Shown here piece after piece: positions 11,701 to 24,700 of a DNA stretch of 39,408 nt (within the stretch, counting starts at the first letter, position 1; each line of letters starts with the position of its first letter). Origin of the DNA: Jimgerdemannia flammicorona (lineage: Eukaryota); contig RBNJ01000143.1 in the NCBI GenBank assembly GCA_003990765.1, positions 1-39,408 of the forward strand. Direction: 5' to 3'. The position numbers and the translations under genes are program-made. The notes below the pieces were generated by a model. It was not told the DNA's origin and ran no database searches. It saw only the letters and a program-made list of their open reading frames with translations.

Positions 11701-12092
11701 TATCTTGATCTATTTCTTTAGCTTGACTTTCTGTAGCAGTCTCCATCTATCTCTCTACTGGGTTCTTCTTAAGTCTTCTTAGTAGTCTCTTATAGAGTTC
11801 TTTACAGATATCTTTTTTAATAGTTTGAGTAAGATAAACATCCTATTCTTTTTCATCAAACTCTCTAATTTCTTTAAAGATAATAATGTTGGTCTGTTTT
11901 TATTTTGGATAATATTGCTTAGCTGGGTCTTATACTTAGTTTTACTTATATATTTATAAGAGTAGTGATCTTTCTTTTTACAGCTATAGTAGATATCACA
12001 CTTCTTATCTGAGGTGATAGCAAACTTCTGAACTGGGCAATAATCTCTCTCTCTGATTTCTTTTACTATATCTCCTAGATAGATAGTTATTT

Positions 12093-12552
12093 TGTAACAG
12101 TTCTAGTTTCTTTAAGAGAAAGTGGCTAAATCTGGAAGTTCTAGTTGATCTAAAGTAGCTCAAAAAGAGATACTTAAAGGTTCAAGTATTCTTGAAGGAT
12201 TTCTGGGAGAAAATATTCTGAGCTTTATTCAGATAGAGAACAAGAATATTTATACATTATCTGAAAGAAAGATCTGGAAGGATCTTGGAAAGAAAGAGAA
12301 ATGCCAAGAAATAGGTTCTTGACAAAGCTGACTAATACTATTCTACAATATTCTGAAAGGTTTTATAACTAGCTGAGACAAGATACTTAGTGCCAAGGAA
12401 AGATAAGAATGTTCTAGTAGTATCTGGGCACTGAGAGAAGGTTTTTAAGCAAGTAGAATGTTCAAGAAATGACAAGAAAAAACTGACTAAAAGATGCAAA
12501 AAATGTACTAAGACTAAATATGACTGTAAAATTATTACATTCCTCTCTCCTT
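12093..12552 (-). mobile_element. LTR (12093-12539) plus PPT of an unrelated LTR element that truncates E2
   Basis: tgtaac...attaca ends, followed by ttcctctctcctt (AAGGAGAGAGGAA on minus strand); starts exactly where E2 homology stops. Confidence 0.75.
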
Positions 12553-14534
12553 AAGAACCAATATTCTTATTGAGTTCTTTAATCAACGGAACCTTTCTAT
12601 TAAAATTAATAAATATGAATTCTAAAATGTACCTATATTGTGTGTCTTGCATGAAAATAGTGTTTAAATTTACCACATATAAATTGTGACGGTAAAGGAT
12701 GCATCGATCGAAACTGACACATCCTCACGTAATTTCGCACATGATTTAGTACGTGGATAATTCATATGTATTGCCACGTGCTAGTCTCTTACATGATTTT
12801 CGTTCTTGCAACGTGAACTGGTATTGTGGAGTATTTTTTTTTTTTTTTTCAAATACCAACTCAACACCATATCGTGAATTCCATAAGTCAGTAAAATCCT
12901 CAAGCACCAACCCGAACTCACCGGTTTTATCCTTATATATTCACCAAGCCTCCCATTTCATAGAGTCTAGTAAGGGGATGCAACAAATTAAATCATATTG
13001 TACCGAGATAATGCACTGCAGTTGATGTACTTGTACAGTAATAGGTCGACGATGGGGAGGTTTATATAATAAGTGGAATTGAGTGGATATAAGATTTTTT
13101 GAGTGTCAGACGGCGTGGGAAAAAAAAAAAAAAAAATCCGCTGGCTTATCCTTTCGCATGGATTTTGTGTTATAAATTTACTAATTTGTTCTGTGAGCTC
13201 TAGCTGGTTGACAATATGACAAATAAGCGACTGATGAAGAAGTTTCATCCATTTAGCATTTTTCGCATGTACAAATATAAATGATATGATAATAAGCCTA
13301 AAATGCCACAATAATCCATCAATCGAGATAAGCAGGTGATATCCAATATTTATATATCACAATTTTTACTTAGAGTATTGTATGAGAGAGTTTAAATGAG
13401 AATAGAAAATTACTAATATTCTGTTCAAAAAGATATATTATATTCAAGTTTACTTCAAAATAAAATCAGTACATAACTCACAAAGGTAGAGAAGAACAAT
13501 ATATACTCTATATTGGAGTGGAGATTTTTACCAGTACATGCTTAAAAAGCATCATTACTGAGGTAAACCCAAGTGCTTGGTTTCCTGTGCATAGTTTGTT
13601 AGAGATGCTCGGTTTCATTCTTCTTAACTTGTGTTGCATTCTCGAAAAATTGGCGTGGGTTGTATGACATGTGAGTGGGTTGTAAAGACAGTTACTCTCG
13701 GCGACGATCGCCCCTCCCACGTATCGATATCGGCAAAGAACTCTCAAATATGCGACGAAACACCAAGAAGCGTTTGGCGATTGTTCTTTGACTTTGGAAT
13801 TTCAAAGAACACCGGGTGGGACTGACTTTCATTTAATGAGCATATCCAAAGAGATGATGGCGCTCCTCCCCAATTGCGTTTATACCACACATCTAACGTG
13901 AAAAAAAAAAAAAAAATGTAACCCACCCAAAAGGTCGTGTTGCGATGTAAGAACCATCTGTGGTGACATTGGTGACAATTTTGGAATTACTCTTTTTTAA
14001 TAGATAGAGTCGAAGCCCTTTTCATGATAAGCTAGAATATTTTTATTTCTTTTTTTCAAAAAAAAAAAAAAAACCGTCCGTTATGCGACTGTCTTCCAAT
14101 CCCTGCCTCGAACCATCCCTTTCCCACATTCCGCCACACACCTCAAAATATCACTCCGCATTGAACGCAATATCAATGTCCCAGCTACGGCAACTTTTTT
14201 TAAGTTGCCGTCGCAATTTTATCAATGTTGCTCCTTCGGCAATAAACTTGCTTGCCTTAGTGCACCCCTTTCTCATCGCCTTCGGGGCATTCTTGCGATG
14301 GTTTATGTTTTATTATTCATTTTTGACTAAAATAAATAACATAATGTGATGCGATCGCACGGTTAACATCTTTCGTTTCTTTACTTTATGCTTCCATTTC
14401 CAACTGTAAACGTGAAAATTAGTCGATATATTCTATTCAACACACAAATTATACGAACTACGTCGATCCTATAGACTATACAAAATTACATTTTCCAACC
14501 ATGCAAACTGAAGTTGATCCTAACCCTACTTCAT

Positions 14535-16550
14535 TTCACCTTTTTCTTTTCTTCGTTACGGCTTTCTCCACAGAGGCGGGTTCTTCAGCCTGGGACAAGG
14601 GATCGTCATCGACATTGATTGCCCGAGTTGACGTGACTATCTTTTTCTTTGTCGTAATGACCTTATCAACAGAGGCGGGTTCTTCAGCCTTAATTGATCA
14701 CCCGAGTTGAAGTGACGTCACCGGCGAGGTCCGTAATTTTGGGCGCAGCTATTTTTTCTGGCTTTCTTCTGTTGCGGTTTTAGCTGTTCCGCTAATGACT
14801 CATAGAGTTGCTCCCTGACGACGTCGGATCTCATCGTCCCTCCCTTGTTCTGTCCCTCTTCAACCCGCTCGGTCTTCACCTTCGTTTTCTGCCCCGAAAA
14901 CTTCTGCTCGCATGCCGTTTACCCATAGAGCGATTCTTCCAATCACTGTCAATGCAATTTCTAACCACGCCCTCGCCCACTTGAGCAACACCTCAACCCT
15001 CCTCTCTGATCCTCCATCTGAATTGTCGCCTCGCCCTTTTCTTCTCTGCTGCTCGTGCTCTCCTCCATCGGCATCGTCATCTCGCCTCCCCATTCTCCGC
15101 AGGTAGCGCTCCCTTCCTGCTTCACTTTTAACCATCATCAAACACATTTTCTGGCAGCTGCTCCTCCGCCATATTAAATCTTCTGTTATCGAACGTTATC
15201 CCCTCCTTCATCATCTCAGCAAACTGCGCCTGAACCTCCATCTTCGCCTTCTCGATTCTGCCGGCAAACCCTTTCTCAGATTCTCCTCCTGAAAATTCTT
15301 AATCACGCGCATTTGCTTATCCCTCTGTATATTTTCAGCCAAGAACCGATGCAGAAGCGATTGAAGAGTTGAGAATATACTGGTATAGCTGATTATAGTT
15401 TGGCTTGTCCTGAATGTTAGTGGTCGTTGGTGGGGGTGACGTCGTGGCCGAGTTGAGGATGGCATTCTGGTTCGCGCTATTGCTCGGAGTTGGGGACGGG
15501 GACGAGGACCAGAATGGGGACAGGGCCGAGGGGACGAGGACGGGGACGAGGACGAGGACGAGGACGAGGATGAGCTTGATAGTTGGTGGTGGAGATCCAA
15601 TCGGTATGGGGTATTCAAGACAGGTGCCTAGAGCAAAGACCCGAACCCGTGGCGGACCCTTCCGGGAATTTTGCATCTGTCAACCTATTTGACGCGCTCG
15701 ATGCCGTTGGCGGGAGTAATCGAGTCCCGTTTGTCCGTCCTGGTGCGGGCTGACCCCGAATACCCAGTCGTCATTCGAGCTGTGGTCTTCGCAGCTACAT
15801 TTGTATTGGTTGAAGCACATGTATTGGCGGCCGAATCACCCGGGATTAAGGCAGCAGCTTGTTGCCCTTGGGTCTGCTGCGAGTGGAGGACCAAGCCATT
15901 CCCCCGAGAATCGACCCCCAAGTTGGGTAACACTTGAGGGGAGCTTAACGGCGGTCGACTTTGACAGGAAGTCTGCGTTGGCTCTTCTCGCGGGAGTAAT
16001 CGAGTTTCGTTCGTTCATACTGGCGCTGGTTGACCTCGAATTCCTCGTTGTAATTCGCGCCGTAGTCTTCGCAGCTACATTGGTATAGGTTGAAACATAT
16101 TTATTGGCGGCCGAATTATCCGGGAATAAGATAGCAGCCTGTTGCCCTAGGGTCTGCTGCGAATGGAGGACCATCAATTGCCCCAAGGATCGAAAAATTC
16201 GATGCCCACAAGATGGGTCACACCCGGGGGGAGCTTAACAGCGGTCGATTTTCCCAGGAAGTGGCGTTCATTTTCGTGTACGGCGTGGGACGGATATATT
16301 TCAAGTGGTATGTAGTGGGAGGATATGACAGAGTTGGTGCCTGGTCATATGATTGGTTGCCAGCGAAGGAGGTGTCTGAGAAGGTAATGTAGGAAGGTTG
16401 TGCGTGATGGATGCTGTAGGTGGGGTCGATGGAAGCGGTTGGAAGACCGTCGAACGAATGAAGAAACGTCTTGTATTCGCTGTTGTCATCAAAGTCGAGG
16501 TCATTGTTGTAAGCTTGCATGATGGAAGACGAAGCGGATGGAGGCATGTG
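14535..16550 (-). pseudogene. Fragmented host-like gene, product unknown (Ser/Pro/Thr-rich repeats, charged helical segment)
   Basis: Consecutive minus-strand protein-like segments in changing frames (MPPSASSSIMQAYNND..., VLHSQQT.GQQAA x2, ...IEKAKMEVQAQFAEMMKEG, ...AEEPASV x2); CpG-rich unlike flanking TEs. Confidence 0.5.
15711..16270. repeat. Diverged tandem duplication, period 280 bp
   Basis: cgggagtaatcgagt at 15711 and 15991, with colinear similarity (gtcttcgcagctacatt, tattggcggccgaat, gggtctgctgcga, gggagcttaac). Confidence 0.9.
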
Positions 16551-16722
16551 TGGAGGTATTTCCAAAGGATAGGAGGTTTGCGCGTTAGGTGGGGTCGATG
16601 GAAGCAGTTAGAAGACCGTCGAGCGATTGAAGAAATGTCTCCTATTCGCTGTTGCCGGCGAAGTCGAGGTCGTTATTGTAAGCTTGCATGATGGAGGATG
16701 AGATGGATGGGAGCATGTGTCG
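16417..16722. repeat. Diverged direct repeat, ~135 bp x2, period 169 bp
   Basis: taggtggggtcgatggaagc at 16417 and 16586; ttgtaagcttgcatgatgga in both. Confidence 0.9.
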
Positions 16723-17930
16723 TCCCACACGTAAAATCCATCCACTGCCAAATGCATACCTTCCATCATGCGCGTGCCAAGTAATATGGCCCTGGGTATG
16801 ACGAGTGTCTGTTGCACTTCCAACGTGCTTTTGATGCCCGTAAGGATCAATTGAATGTCAGAGGTGCAAGTGGCACACATGCGTATCACCGTCAAGGGAA
16901 GTCGCCTAGAGGGGGGGCGGGGGGAGACAGAGATGCCGTAGATGTCCAACATGTTCGAGCGCGGGTGAAGCAGAAGAATCTCGTGGCGGATCGCTTCAGG
17001 ATTGATAAAATTTCCAAGCCACCGACAATGCACGTGGAATGGAAACAACCGCTCTGCCGCTTCGAAACGTATCCTGGCCTACGGCATCAACAACTGGAGC
17101 GTTGCAACCCACCCATTTTACGACGCAAGTGAGACATTGTGCTATGCTGTTTTTTACCACTTTGTATTTATTTTGGTTTTATTATTATTATTAGTTGGAA
17201 ACCAATGCAGCTCGACGTCATGGCGTCCGTCACATTGGAGCTGCATTTTGTATCCCTTCACATTCGTTGAACCCAAATAAAAAGATGTCATTATTCAAAC
17301 CCGACAGAGAAATTCTGTGATGCTACCGTTCACGAACTTCCCCCCCACATAGTACGGCACTGGCAATGTCCACTTTCGCTCGTAACAAACCTTTCTCCTC
17401 GGCCTCGGCCCCGACTACTACCGGTCCCTCAACAAGTGCACCTCCGTCATTGCCATCCTTGCCTCCGCGCACAATTGTGAACCGCTTGCGAACGCAGAAA
17501 CACCATTCGAGCAATGCAGCAAATGGGTACATATTGATCGCTTACCGACGCGGGCGCCAATTTGTTCAGCCCTAGCACAGTCGCGCGCTCCCTCTATTCT
17601 ATAATCTTGCCGTTCGCGCTCTATACCCACGATTAACATCTACATTCTTCCCGCACTCCTGCACTCGTAATTTATTTTATTACCTCCCTCCCTCCCTACT
17701 ATCATACAACCAATCCGGCCGGGTTTTCACATGTCTTTGAATTTTGAATTCCCTGGCATACTTCGAAGTTTCATGTTCGGGGGCGTAGTGTAGTTTACAT
17801 TTCGGCAAACATTGATTTATTTCCATCCCTTGCCATCTGCCGAGTATATACGTCGAATCCAATGGCATATGCATTGGGCACAAATTGACTCGACGAGAAC
17901 CACAAACCCACATCACGAAATCTTTTTGGA

Positions 17931-17970
17931 GTCCTGAGTAGTCCTGAGCAGCCCTGAGCAGTCCTGAGCA
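17931..17970. repeat. 10-bp minisatellite (gtcctgagca) x4
   Basis: Directly visible; lies at the boundary between CpG-rich and CpG-depleted DNA. Confidence 0.9.
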
Positions 17971-17974
17971 GCTG

Positions 17975-18879
17975 ACAAATTTAGTCCTTTTTCAACCAAC
18001 ATTAATTGAGAACTAGAAATGAGTTCTGGAATAGAGGTGCTGATAATTTTTCGATTTCTTATAATATCTCAGAACCTCTTCTCAGATTCTCTACCTTTTA
18101 CTATAAGACTATGTTGTTATCATAGAATCTACAACTTGCTAGTAGAATATATCTCAGCTTACTCTATCTGTTTATAAGATAGATATTGAAAGAATAGATA
18201 CCCCAATTCTGGAAATATACTTTTATAGCTAAATCTCAATTCTCAAATAGTAGTTGTAAATATATTGACTCTTATATCAATAATGTTAAATCTCTCAAAG
18301 CAGTTGACAATAAACATATCTGTTTTCTTATCTATTATTTTATATCTTACAAACTAATTTATATATCAAATAAAAGATTTGACTCTTCTGGAATATTTTG
18401 AAAAAAATAGATAAACTTATTCTATTCTATAGCATTCTATTTCATAAGCTGTTTGAGCTACTGAACTTTGGAGATTGTGGATAATAAATCAGTTATATTT
18501 TTTAAAGCTATGAAATTTATAATAAGTATATAGAATCTATATTTATAGTATATCATCATTATCTAAAAATATATTCTCAATATAGAATATAAGTATCTGA
18601 TATATAATAATTTAGAGAGATCATTTATTATTATGAGAAAAATATTCTCAGATATATATATATATATTGTGATAAGTAAATAATATAATATAGTTAGACA
18701 ATATATATACTCAGTATAGTATAGTTATCTATACCTAGTTATCCACATATATCTCTACTTATAATTAGTCAAAATACTAAATCAGATTTATTGATCTATA
18801 TTCTAAAAACATACTTATGTTTATGAAATATATCTGTGCTCACTAGATATATATATTTATACTTAGTAGATATACCTAG
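17975..18879. other. AT/TpA-rich degenerate relic, probably an old TE (unclassified)
   Basis: Composition like E2, almost no CpG, no intact ORF. Confidence 0.45.
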
Positions 18880-19638
18880 TGTGATGGTATAGCCAAATTA
18901 GGAAGAAGGAAATAGGGAATAGACACTTGATTGCACCCATTCCCAAAGTAGTATAGCTTTATAGTTAGCAGTCACTGATTTTGACATTGTCTAAATTTCT
19001 AGACATTGTCCAAATTGAATACCCTGATTTAGTATAGCATTTCAACATTGTCTAAATTTCTAAACATTGTCTAAATGACTCATAACTTAGCTGCATAACT
19101 CAGTAGCCATCTCATAGCTAGCAAACTTGTATAAATAACCCAGTATCTTTGAGTGAATAAACCTCAGATTGAAAGTGTTAGAAAAAGAACAAGTATACTG
19201 ATAAAAGGACTTTCAGGATTACCTTTTTAAACATATTTGGCCTCAAGGAACTACTGACTCTGGGAGTCAAAAAGACAAGAATTCAAGATAAAGAAATTTG
19301 ACATACTTACCCACCTTAGTGTCCACTACATTATAACTTAGTACCCATTGGCTGGTGATTCAAGATGAATCCCTCACTTTCAAGCTGAACAACAAACAAC
19401 TGCAACAAGAACCCACATAATACAATCAGACAAAATAGATATGAGACTACCCGTATTCCATGGATATACCTCCGATGAATCAATCATCACCTTCATTGAC
19501 GATTTCGAGCAGTATGCTGCTGTAAGGATCTTAAGTGTAGCACAACAAGTAGCTCTACTCTCTGTAAGCCTCCGAGGTCCAGTAAGAACTGCATTTACTG
19601 CAGCCAATGTACAAGCAGCCAATGATCCAGAGATTATC
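18880..19638 (+). mobile_element. E4: 5' fragment of an E1-family element (5' LTR 18880-19335, PBS, gag start 19441-19638)
   Basis: Reverse-complement match to the E1 LTR and leader; MRLPVFHGYTSDESIITFIDDFEQYAAVR nearly identical to E1 gag; ends at LINE A. Confidence 0.93.
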
Positions 19639-19723
19639 ATCGATCTTTCTCCGGTAATATTCAGGTTACACAATCTTTGGTAACACTTTCAACTCAAGTT
19701 TCTGGAGAAAAGCTACTAGTATT

Positions 19724-21751
19724 ATGGTGACCAATGAGCATCTGGAGGTGCATACTGGGCAGGGTGGCCCTGGAGCTTTTGAATGGCAGCAAGTGGGGAG
19801 AGGCCCCAGCTTGGGGGGAAGTATGAGGGGCCTGCTGGCGGGAGGCCGTGGTGGAGGAGGAGGTGGAGCTGGAGGGCAAGGGTCTGGCAGGGTGAGCTTT
19901 GCGGAGAAGGTGAAGGGGGGTCAGCAAGGGGCTGGACTGGAGAGCTGGCTGTGAGGGGGGAAGGTACCAGTGAAGGCTGCCAGACAGCAACCTCTTGGGG
20001 GTACCTCTCTGGAGGGCCATAGGGGTGGAGCTGGGGGGGTAGCAGCTGGGGCGGGGACTGCTGATGGGGGTGTGACGGGCGATTTGGAAAAAAATCTAGA
20101 TGGGACTGCTGATGGTGAGCCAAGTGGTGGGAAGGGCACGAGGCCAGGGGATCTGGCAGATGGTGTAACAGGACTGGCGGTGGCTCCATTACTCAAGAAG
20201 TCAATCTCAGCATTCACAGTCACATTGTGTTTCCGAGGCTTAGCAGTGACAGCGAAAATGGTGTTGGGGCTTATCGCTAAGCAGGTGGCTGGAGCAGCTT
20301 TGGTGAAGTTCCTGAAGGGACTGGAGGGGATGGAGGTGGGCTTTGAGGAGGTCGGACTGCTGGAGGAGGCACTGAGGGTTGGGCTGGTGGTTGGAGAGGT
20401 GTGTGTTCTGATGGCAAGGTGTTTGAAATGGGATCCAAGGGTGGTCCAACTGCTGGTGAAAGGAGTCCCTACAGTGATGGCAATGGAGATGAGAAAGAGA
20501 GTGGAGGATGTCATGGCAGAGTACGGCGAGGTGATGGATATTGGATTCCGGGTCTGGGAAGGGACCACACTCAGGACTGGGGATGTGGATGTGAGGATTC
20601 AGCTGGCCAGAAAGGAGGCTACTGGAAAGATGAGGGACTGGCCTTCGACGATGGTTTGGGGGGCATTCCTGTGCAAGGTGACATGGGTGAAAGGGAGCGA
20701 AGAAGAGGAGGAGGATTTGTTGGAAGTGCTGGAGGAGCTGGATGGAGTGGTGGACCGGTGTGCCAAGGCTTGGAAGACTTTCGAGGAGTTGACGCACCTG
20801 GAGATAGTGGATGGGAAGAGGATTCGAGTGAACAAGGTGCAGTGGGAAAGGGCTCAGGGGCGGAAGAGGCAGAAGGATCTGCTGGCTAAGCTGGGGGGTA
20901 GACAACCGAAGGATGCGAACATGATGGCAGGTGCCGAAGGGGCTGGAGCGAGTGTCTGGGCTGGTGAGAGGAGTGGGTATGATGGGGCAAAGACAGGGAA
21001 GGCGAAGGAGGTGCCAAGTGGCGACCCATATGCGGATGGCACCTTGGAGGTTTGGGAGGAAGTCTGGGAGAACTCCCCCACCCCTTCCCCTCTTATCAGG
21101 CATGGCCCGGCTTCCAGGAACAAATCTGGGGAGGACGTGATGATGCTGGGGACCCAGCAGGTGAAATTCAGCATTCCGGAGGTAATGGATGGGGACCAGG
21201 TGGTGGCAGCCGGGGAGGAGGAACTGGTGGATCTCCCAGAGGTGTGGGATGAGGACGCGAGTGCTGGAGCTGACACCACGATGCTGGACGGAGGGAGGTC
21301 AGCGACCCCTGGTGGAAAGGAGGTGGGGAACCTACTTTGGATATGCTGGATGATGAACAACCTGGCGGCAGAAGAGCTGGGGGAGGTAGACCTGTGTGGG
21401 ATGAGTGATGAGCACTGGGCAAGAATTTTGCAGGGAGAAGGTGTGGTGATGGCACTGAAGGCGGAGATTCTCGCAGTGTATCTGGAGGAGGAAGGGTATG
21501 AGGTGGACAAGGAGAGGGAGGCAGAGTTGGCAGTTGTCACTGGGGAGAAGGCTGAGTACTGTTGGAACAGGCATCATAGGCTACAGCTTTGGCAGGAGGC
21601 TTGCATCGAGTACCGAGAGGAGTTTGAGGAGAAAGCTGATGAGGAGATGAATGAGCTGTTGGCTGGACTGGAGGCTCAAAGGGCTGAAGAGGGGGAGGTG
21701 ATGGCTGAACACAATCTGGACATGGCACAGGAGGAGATGGGCATGGAGTAG
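19724..21751 (+). pseudogene. LINE A ORF1 (Gly-rich N-terminus, RRM-like core, acidic helical C-terminus; one internal TGA)
   Basis: Track ORFs 19724-19954 and 19970-21751 are in frame; SFAEKVK, EYGEVMDI, RTGDVDVRI; colinear with LINE B ORF1. Confidence 0.85.
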
Positions 21752-21784
21752 TAGGGATTGATTGCGAACAAACCGTATTTCATT

Positions 21785-24700
21785 ATGAATAGTACAACCA
21801 ACATTTTTTCTTTGAACGTGAATGGGCTAAGGGGTGCAGTTAGACGCAGGAACATTTTTACTTGGTTGAAGGGATTGGAGGCCGATCTCTTCCTCTTGCA
21901 GGATGTCAGGTGCGAGGATGATTCTGATAGGATGGAATGGACTAAGGAATGGGGTGGCATGGCGATTTGGAACAGCAAGGTTGGGATTCTGGTTTGGAAA
22001 GGCAGAGGGGAGATACAGAATGTAAGGAGCTGGGGGGAGAGACTGGTCTGGGGTGAGTGGATTCGTGCAGGGTGGGAGCCGGTTACAGTTGGCTCCTGTT
22101 ACTGCCCTACTGTGTGGAGGGAGCATGTGGATTGGGTGAAAGGGCTCCTGGAGAGTGGGGTCCTTGCTGAAGCTGGGTTGGACATACTTGGAGGTGATTT
22201 CAATATGGTGCAGGATGTACAGCTGGATAGAACCGATGGAGGCCGGGGTGCTGAGAGCAGGAGTGGGGGGCTGGCAGTGTGGGAGGAGGTCAAAAGGCTA
22301 GGAGCGCTGGTGGATGCTGGTAGGGTATGCTGGGGGGACAGGAGGGTATATACACATTGGGCTGGAGGTCTGGGGACAAGGATTGACTGGATTCTGTCAG
22401 CCGACTGTTGGGGCCATGACATTTGGAAGGAGCTAGAGGTAGAATGGTGTCCGTAGTCAGATCACTGGGGCCTTTTGGGACAGGGGTGTTTTGGGGGTAG
22501 TGGTGATGGACCTGGACATTAGCGCCTGAACTCCTCCTTGTTGGATGACAAGTCCCAGTAGGAGGAGTGGGCAAATGACATTCAGATTAAGGTGACGAAT
22601 TGGTGGCAGGAAGGGGCCACCATTGGGGTTCGGTGGAGAAGGATGAAGGAGATGGCCAGGATGTACTGGAGCAAGGCTGGCAGGGTGGCTGGGAGGCAGC
22701 GAAGGCAGAAGGTATATTGGGCTTCTACTAGATTGGCTAGGCTTCTGGAGGAGTGGGCGAGTCTGGCAGTAGTGGAGGGAGAAGAAGATTGGAGAATAAC
22801 AAGGGTGAAGATGGAGGTTGGGAAACTATAACAGGTGCTGTGGGAAGAGGAAGAGGCAAGGGTGCAAGGCCTGGCAGCACGGCTTCGTTGGCAGGGACTG
22901 GAGGAAGGGGAGAGGCCTTCCAAATTTCTTACGAGGATGCTTTGAGCAAGACAGGTACAGCAGCAGTGGGAAGGGGTACTTTACTCAGATAGTAGACTAG
23001 TGCACGGTGTACAGGATATCCTTGGAACACTGAAGGTGCGATGGAGTGGATTGTGGAGTGAGGAGGAGGGTGGGGCGGACACTACAGCCATTGAATGAAC
23101 ATTAGAAGATTGGCACACTCCACGAGCTGAGGGATTAGGCAACCTGACGATGCCTGTAGAGGAAGATGAGATCCACCAGGTTCTTGCCGCGACAGCCTTG
23201 GGTATGGTGCCTGGGGAGGATGGTCTCCCCTGGGACTTCTGGAAGCGAATGGTTGGAGTCCTGGGCATTTTTGGAGAGTTGATGGCACTGTGTGACTCCA
23301 TATTGCAGTCAGAGAGATGGGTGGGGGAGCAGGATCTTGGGCTGGTGATGCTGCTTTATAAGAACAAAGGAAGGCGAGAGGATTGGAAGACTGGTGGCCG
23401 ATAATGTTGCTAGATATGGACAGAAAGTTAGTGACTAAGGTGGTGGTCGCAAGGCTGCAGAAGGTGGCCCAGCAAATTGTGGGAGTTGAGCAGAGGGGCT
23501 TCATAGGGGGTCAGCTTATTTGAGATGGCATGGCCTGGGTGCACGGCATTATTGAGGGTGCTCGAGCCTGTGGACTGGATGGGCGTCTTGTCTTCCTAGA
23601 CCAGGAGAAGGCTTATGACCGGGTGTGGTGAGTCTGGCTGGCGAAAGTGTTGGATAGGATTGGAGTTTCAGTCCAATTTCGGGTGGTGATGGTCAGCCTA
23701 CTGGAAAGGAGTAGGGCTGTGCTCGTGTGTAATGGGCATAGAGGGGTAGCTTTCTCTCTGGGTAGGGGGTTGCCCCAGGGGGACCCACTGTCTCCCATTT
23801 TGTATGCACTTTCCTTGGAGCCTCTACTGGACCGAATTCAGTAGAGGATTGTGGGGCTTTCTATCTATGGAATTGGCTGGAAAGTTGGAGCCTTTGCAGA
23901 CGACATGGTGGTTGGGTTGGGAGTAACTGCAGATATTGAGGAGCTCAAGGAGATGGTGGAGGGGTATGAGGAGAACTCTGGGGCGAAGCTGAATTGGCAC
24001 AAGTGTGAAACGATGGTTTTAGGCAATGGACTGGTAGGTGGAGAGGTTATTGGAACAATTGTCCCCACTAGAGAAGTGGTGTGGTACTTGGGCATATTTT
24101 TGTCAGTCTATGGGTCAGTTCTGCCCAGGCTGTGGTGGGAGCAGAGGATTGGAATTTGGGAGGAGGATCTGCGGGGTTGGGGGGGAAGACACTTCTCTCT
24201 GGCAGGAAGGATCTCGATTTTGAATATATACTGGCTGCCGAAATTGTGGTATTTGGCTTATCATCTGGACTTCCCAGCCTAGGTGGTGAAGTGATCGGTA
24301 AAGGTAGCCAAGGGATGGATTTGGGCTGGCAGAAGGAGTCAGATTGGTTGGGAGACGCTGTTCCTACCGGTGGTGAGAGGTGGTCTTAGGCTGGTGGACT
24401 TCCCCAAAAGACTGCACTGCTTGAGGGCATGGTGGCTTAGAAGGGCAGTGGAGTTGTGTGGAGGGGGTTGGGTTCCCCTACTGCAGAAGGTATGGGAGAG
24501 GCGGACATCGCCAAGAGGCTTGACTGGAGATCTTCTTTCATTAGTTGGGCTTCAGAACACTGGGCAACTGCGATATAAAGGCTTCTGGTGGGGGATAGCC
24601 AAGGGGGCGCACCGCATTGGTATTCGCTGGTAAGGAGATGAGGGGGAGAGGGCTTGGGGCCTGGCGATGTGGAGATGGGATGGCATTCTGCTGGGAGGCA

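Larger units (their letters stand above)
6458..12092 (-). mobile_element. E2: heavily C>T/G>A-mutated relative of E1, truncated in gag
   Basis: Colinear with E1 from 3' LTR through ORF3, IN, RH, RT, dUTPase (~10340-10750), PR to mid-gag; homology stops at 12092. Confidence 0.93.

Noticed and set aside
14187-14211. Perfect 10-bp hairpin acggcaactt-ttttt-aagttgccgt as a Helitron end or terminator
   Set aside because: No CTRR terminus nearby on either strand, single occurrence, eukaryotic context
12600-14450. Short ORFs and a possible minus-strand exon near 13894
   Set aside because: No recognisable domain, stops in candidate frames, homopolymer-rich intergenic character
16750-17640. Overlapping ORFs on both strands
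   Set aside because: Could be gene fragments, but no motif lets me choose strand or frame
17931-17970. Short repeats as a CRISPR-like array
   Set aside because: No spacers; simple minisatellite
18370-18490. Faint resemblance to a hAT dimerisation segment (LLEYFEKNR.TY.IL)
   Set aside because: Too degenerate to support without a profile search
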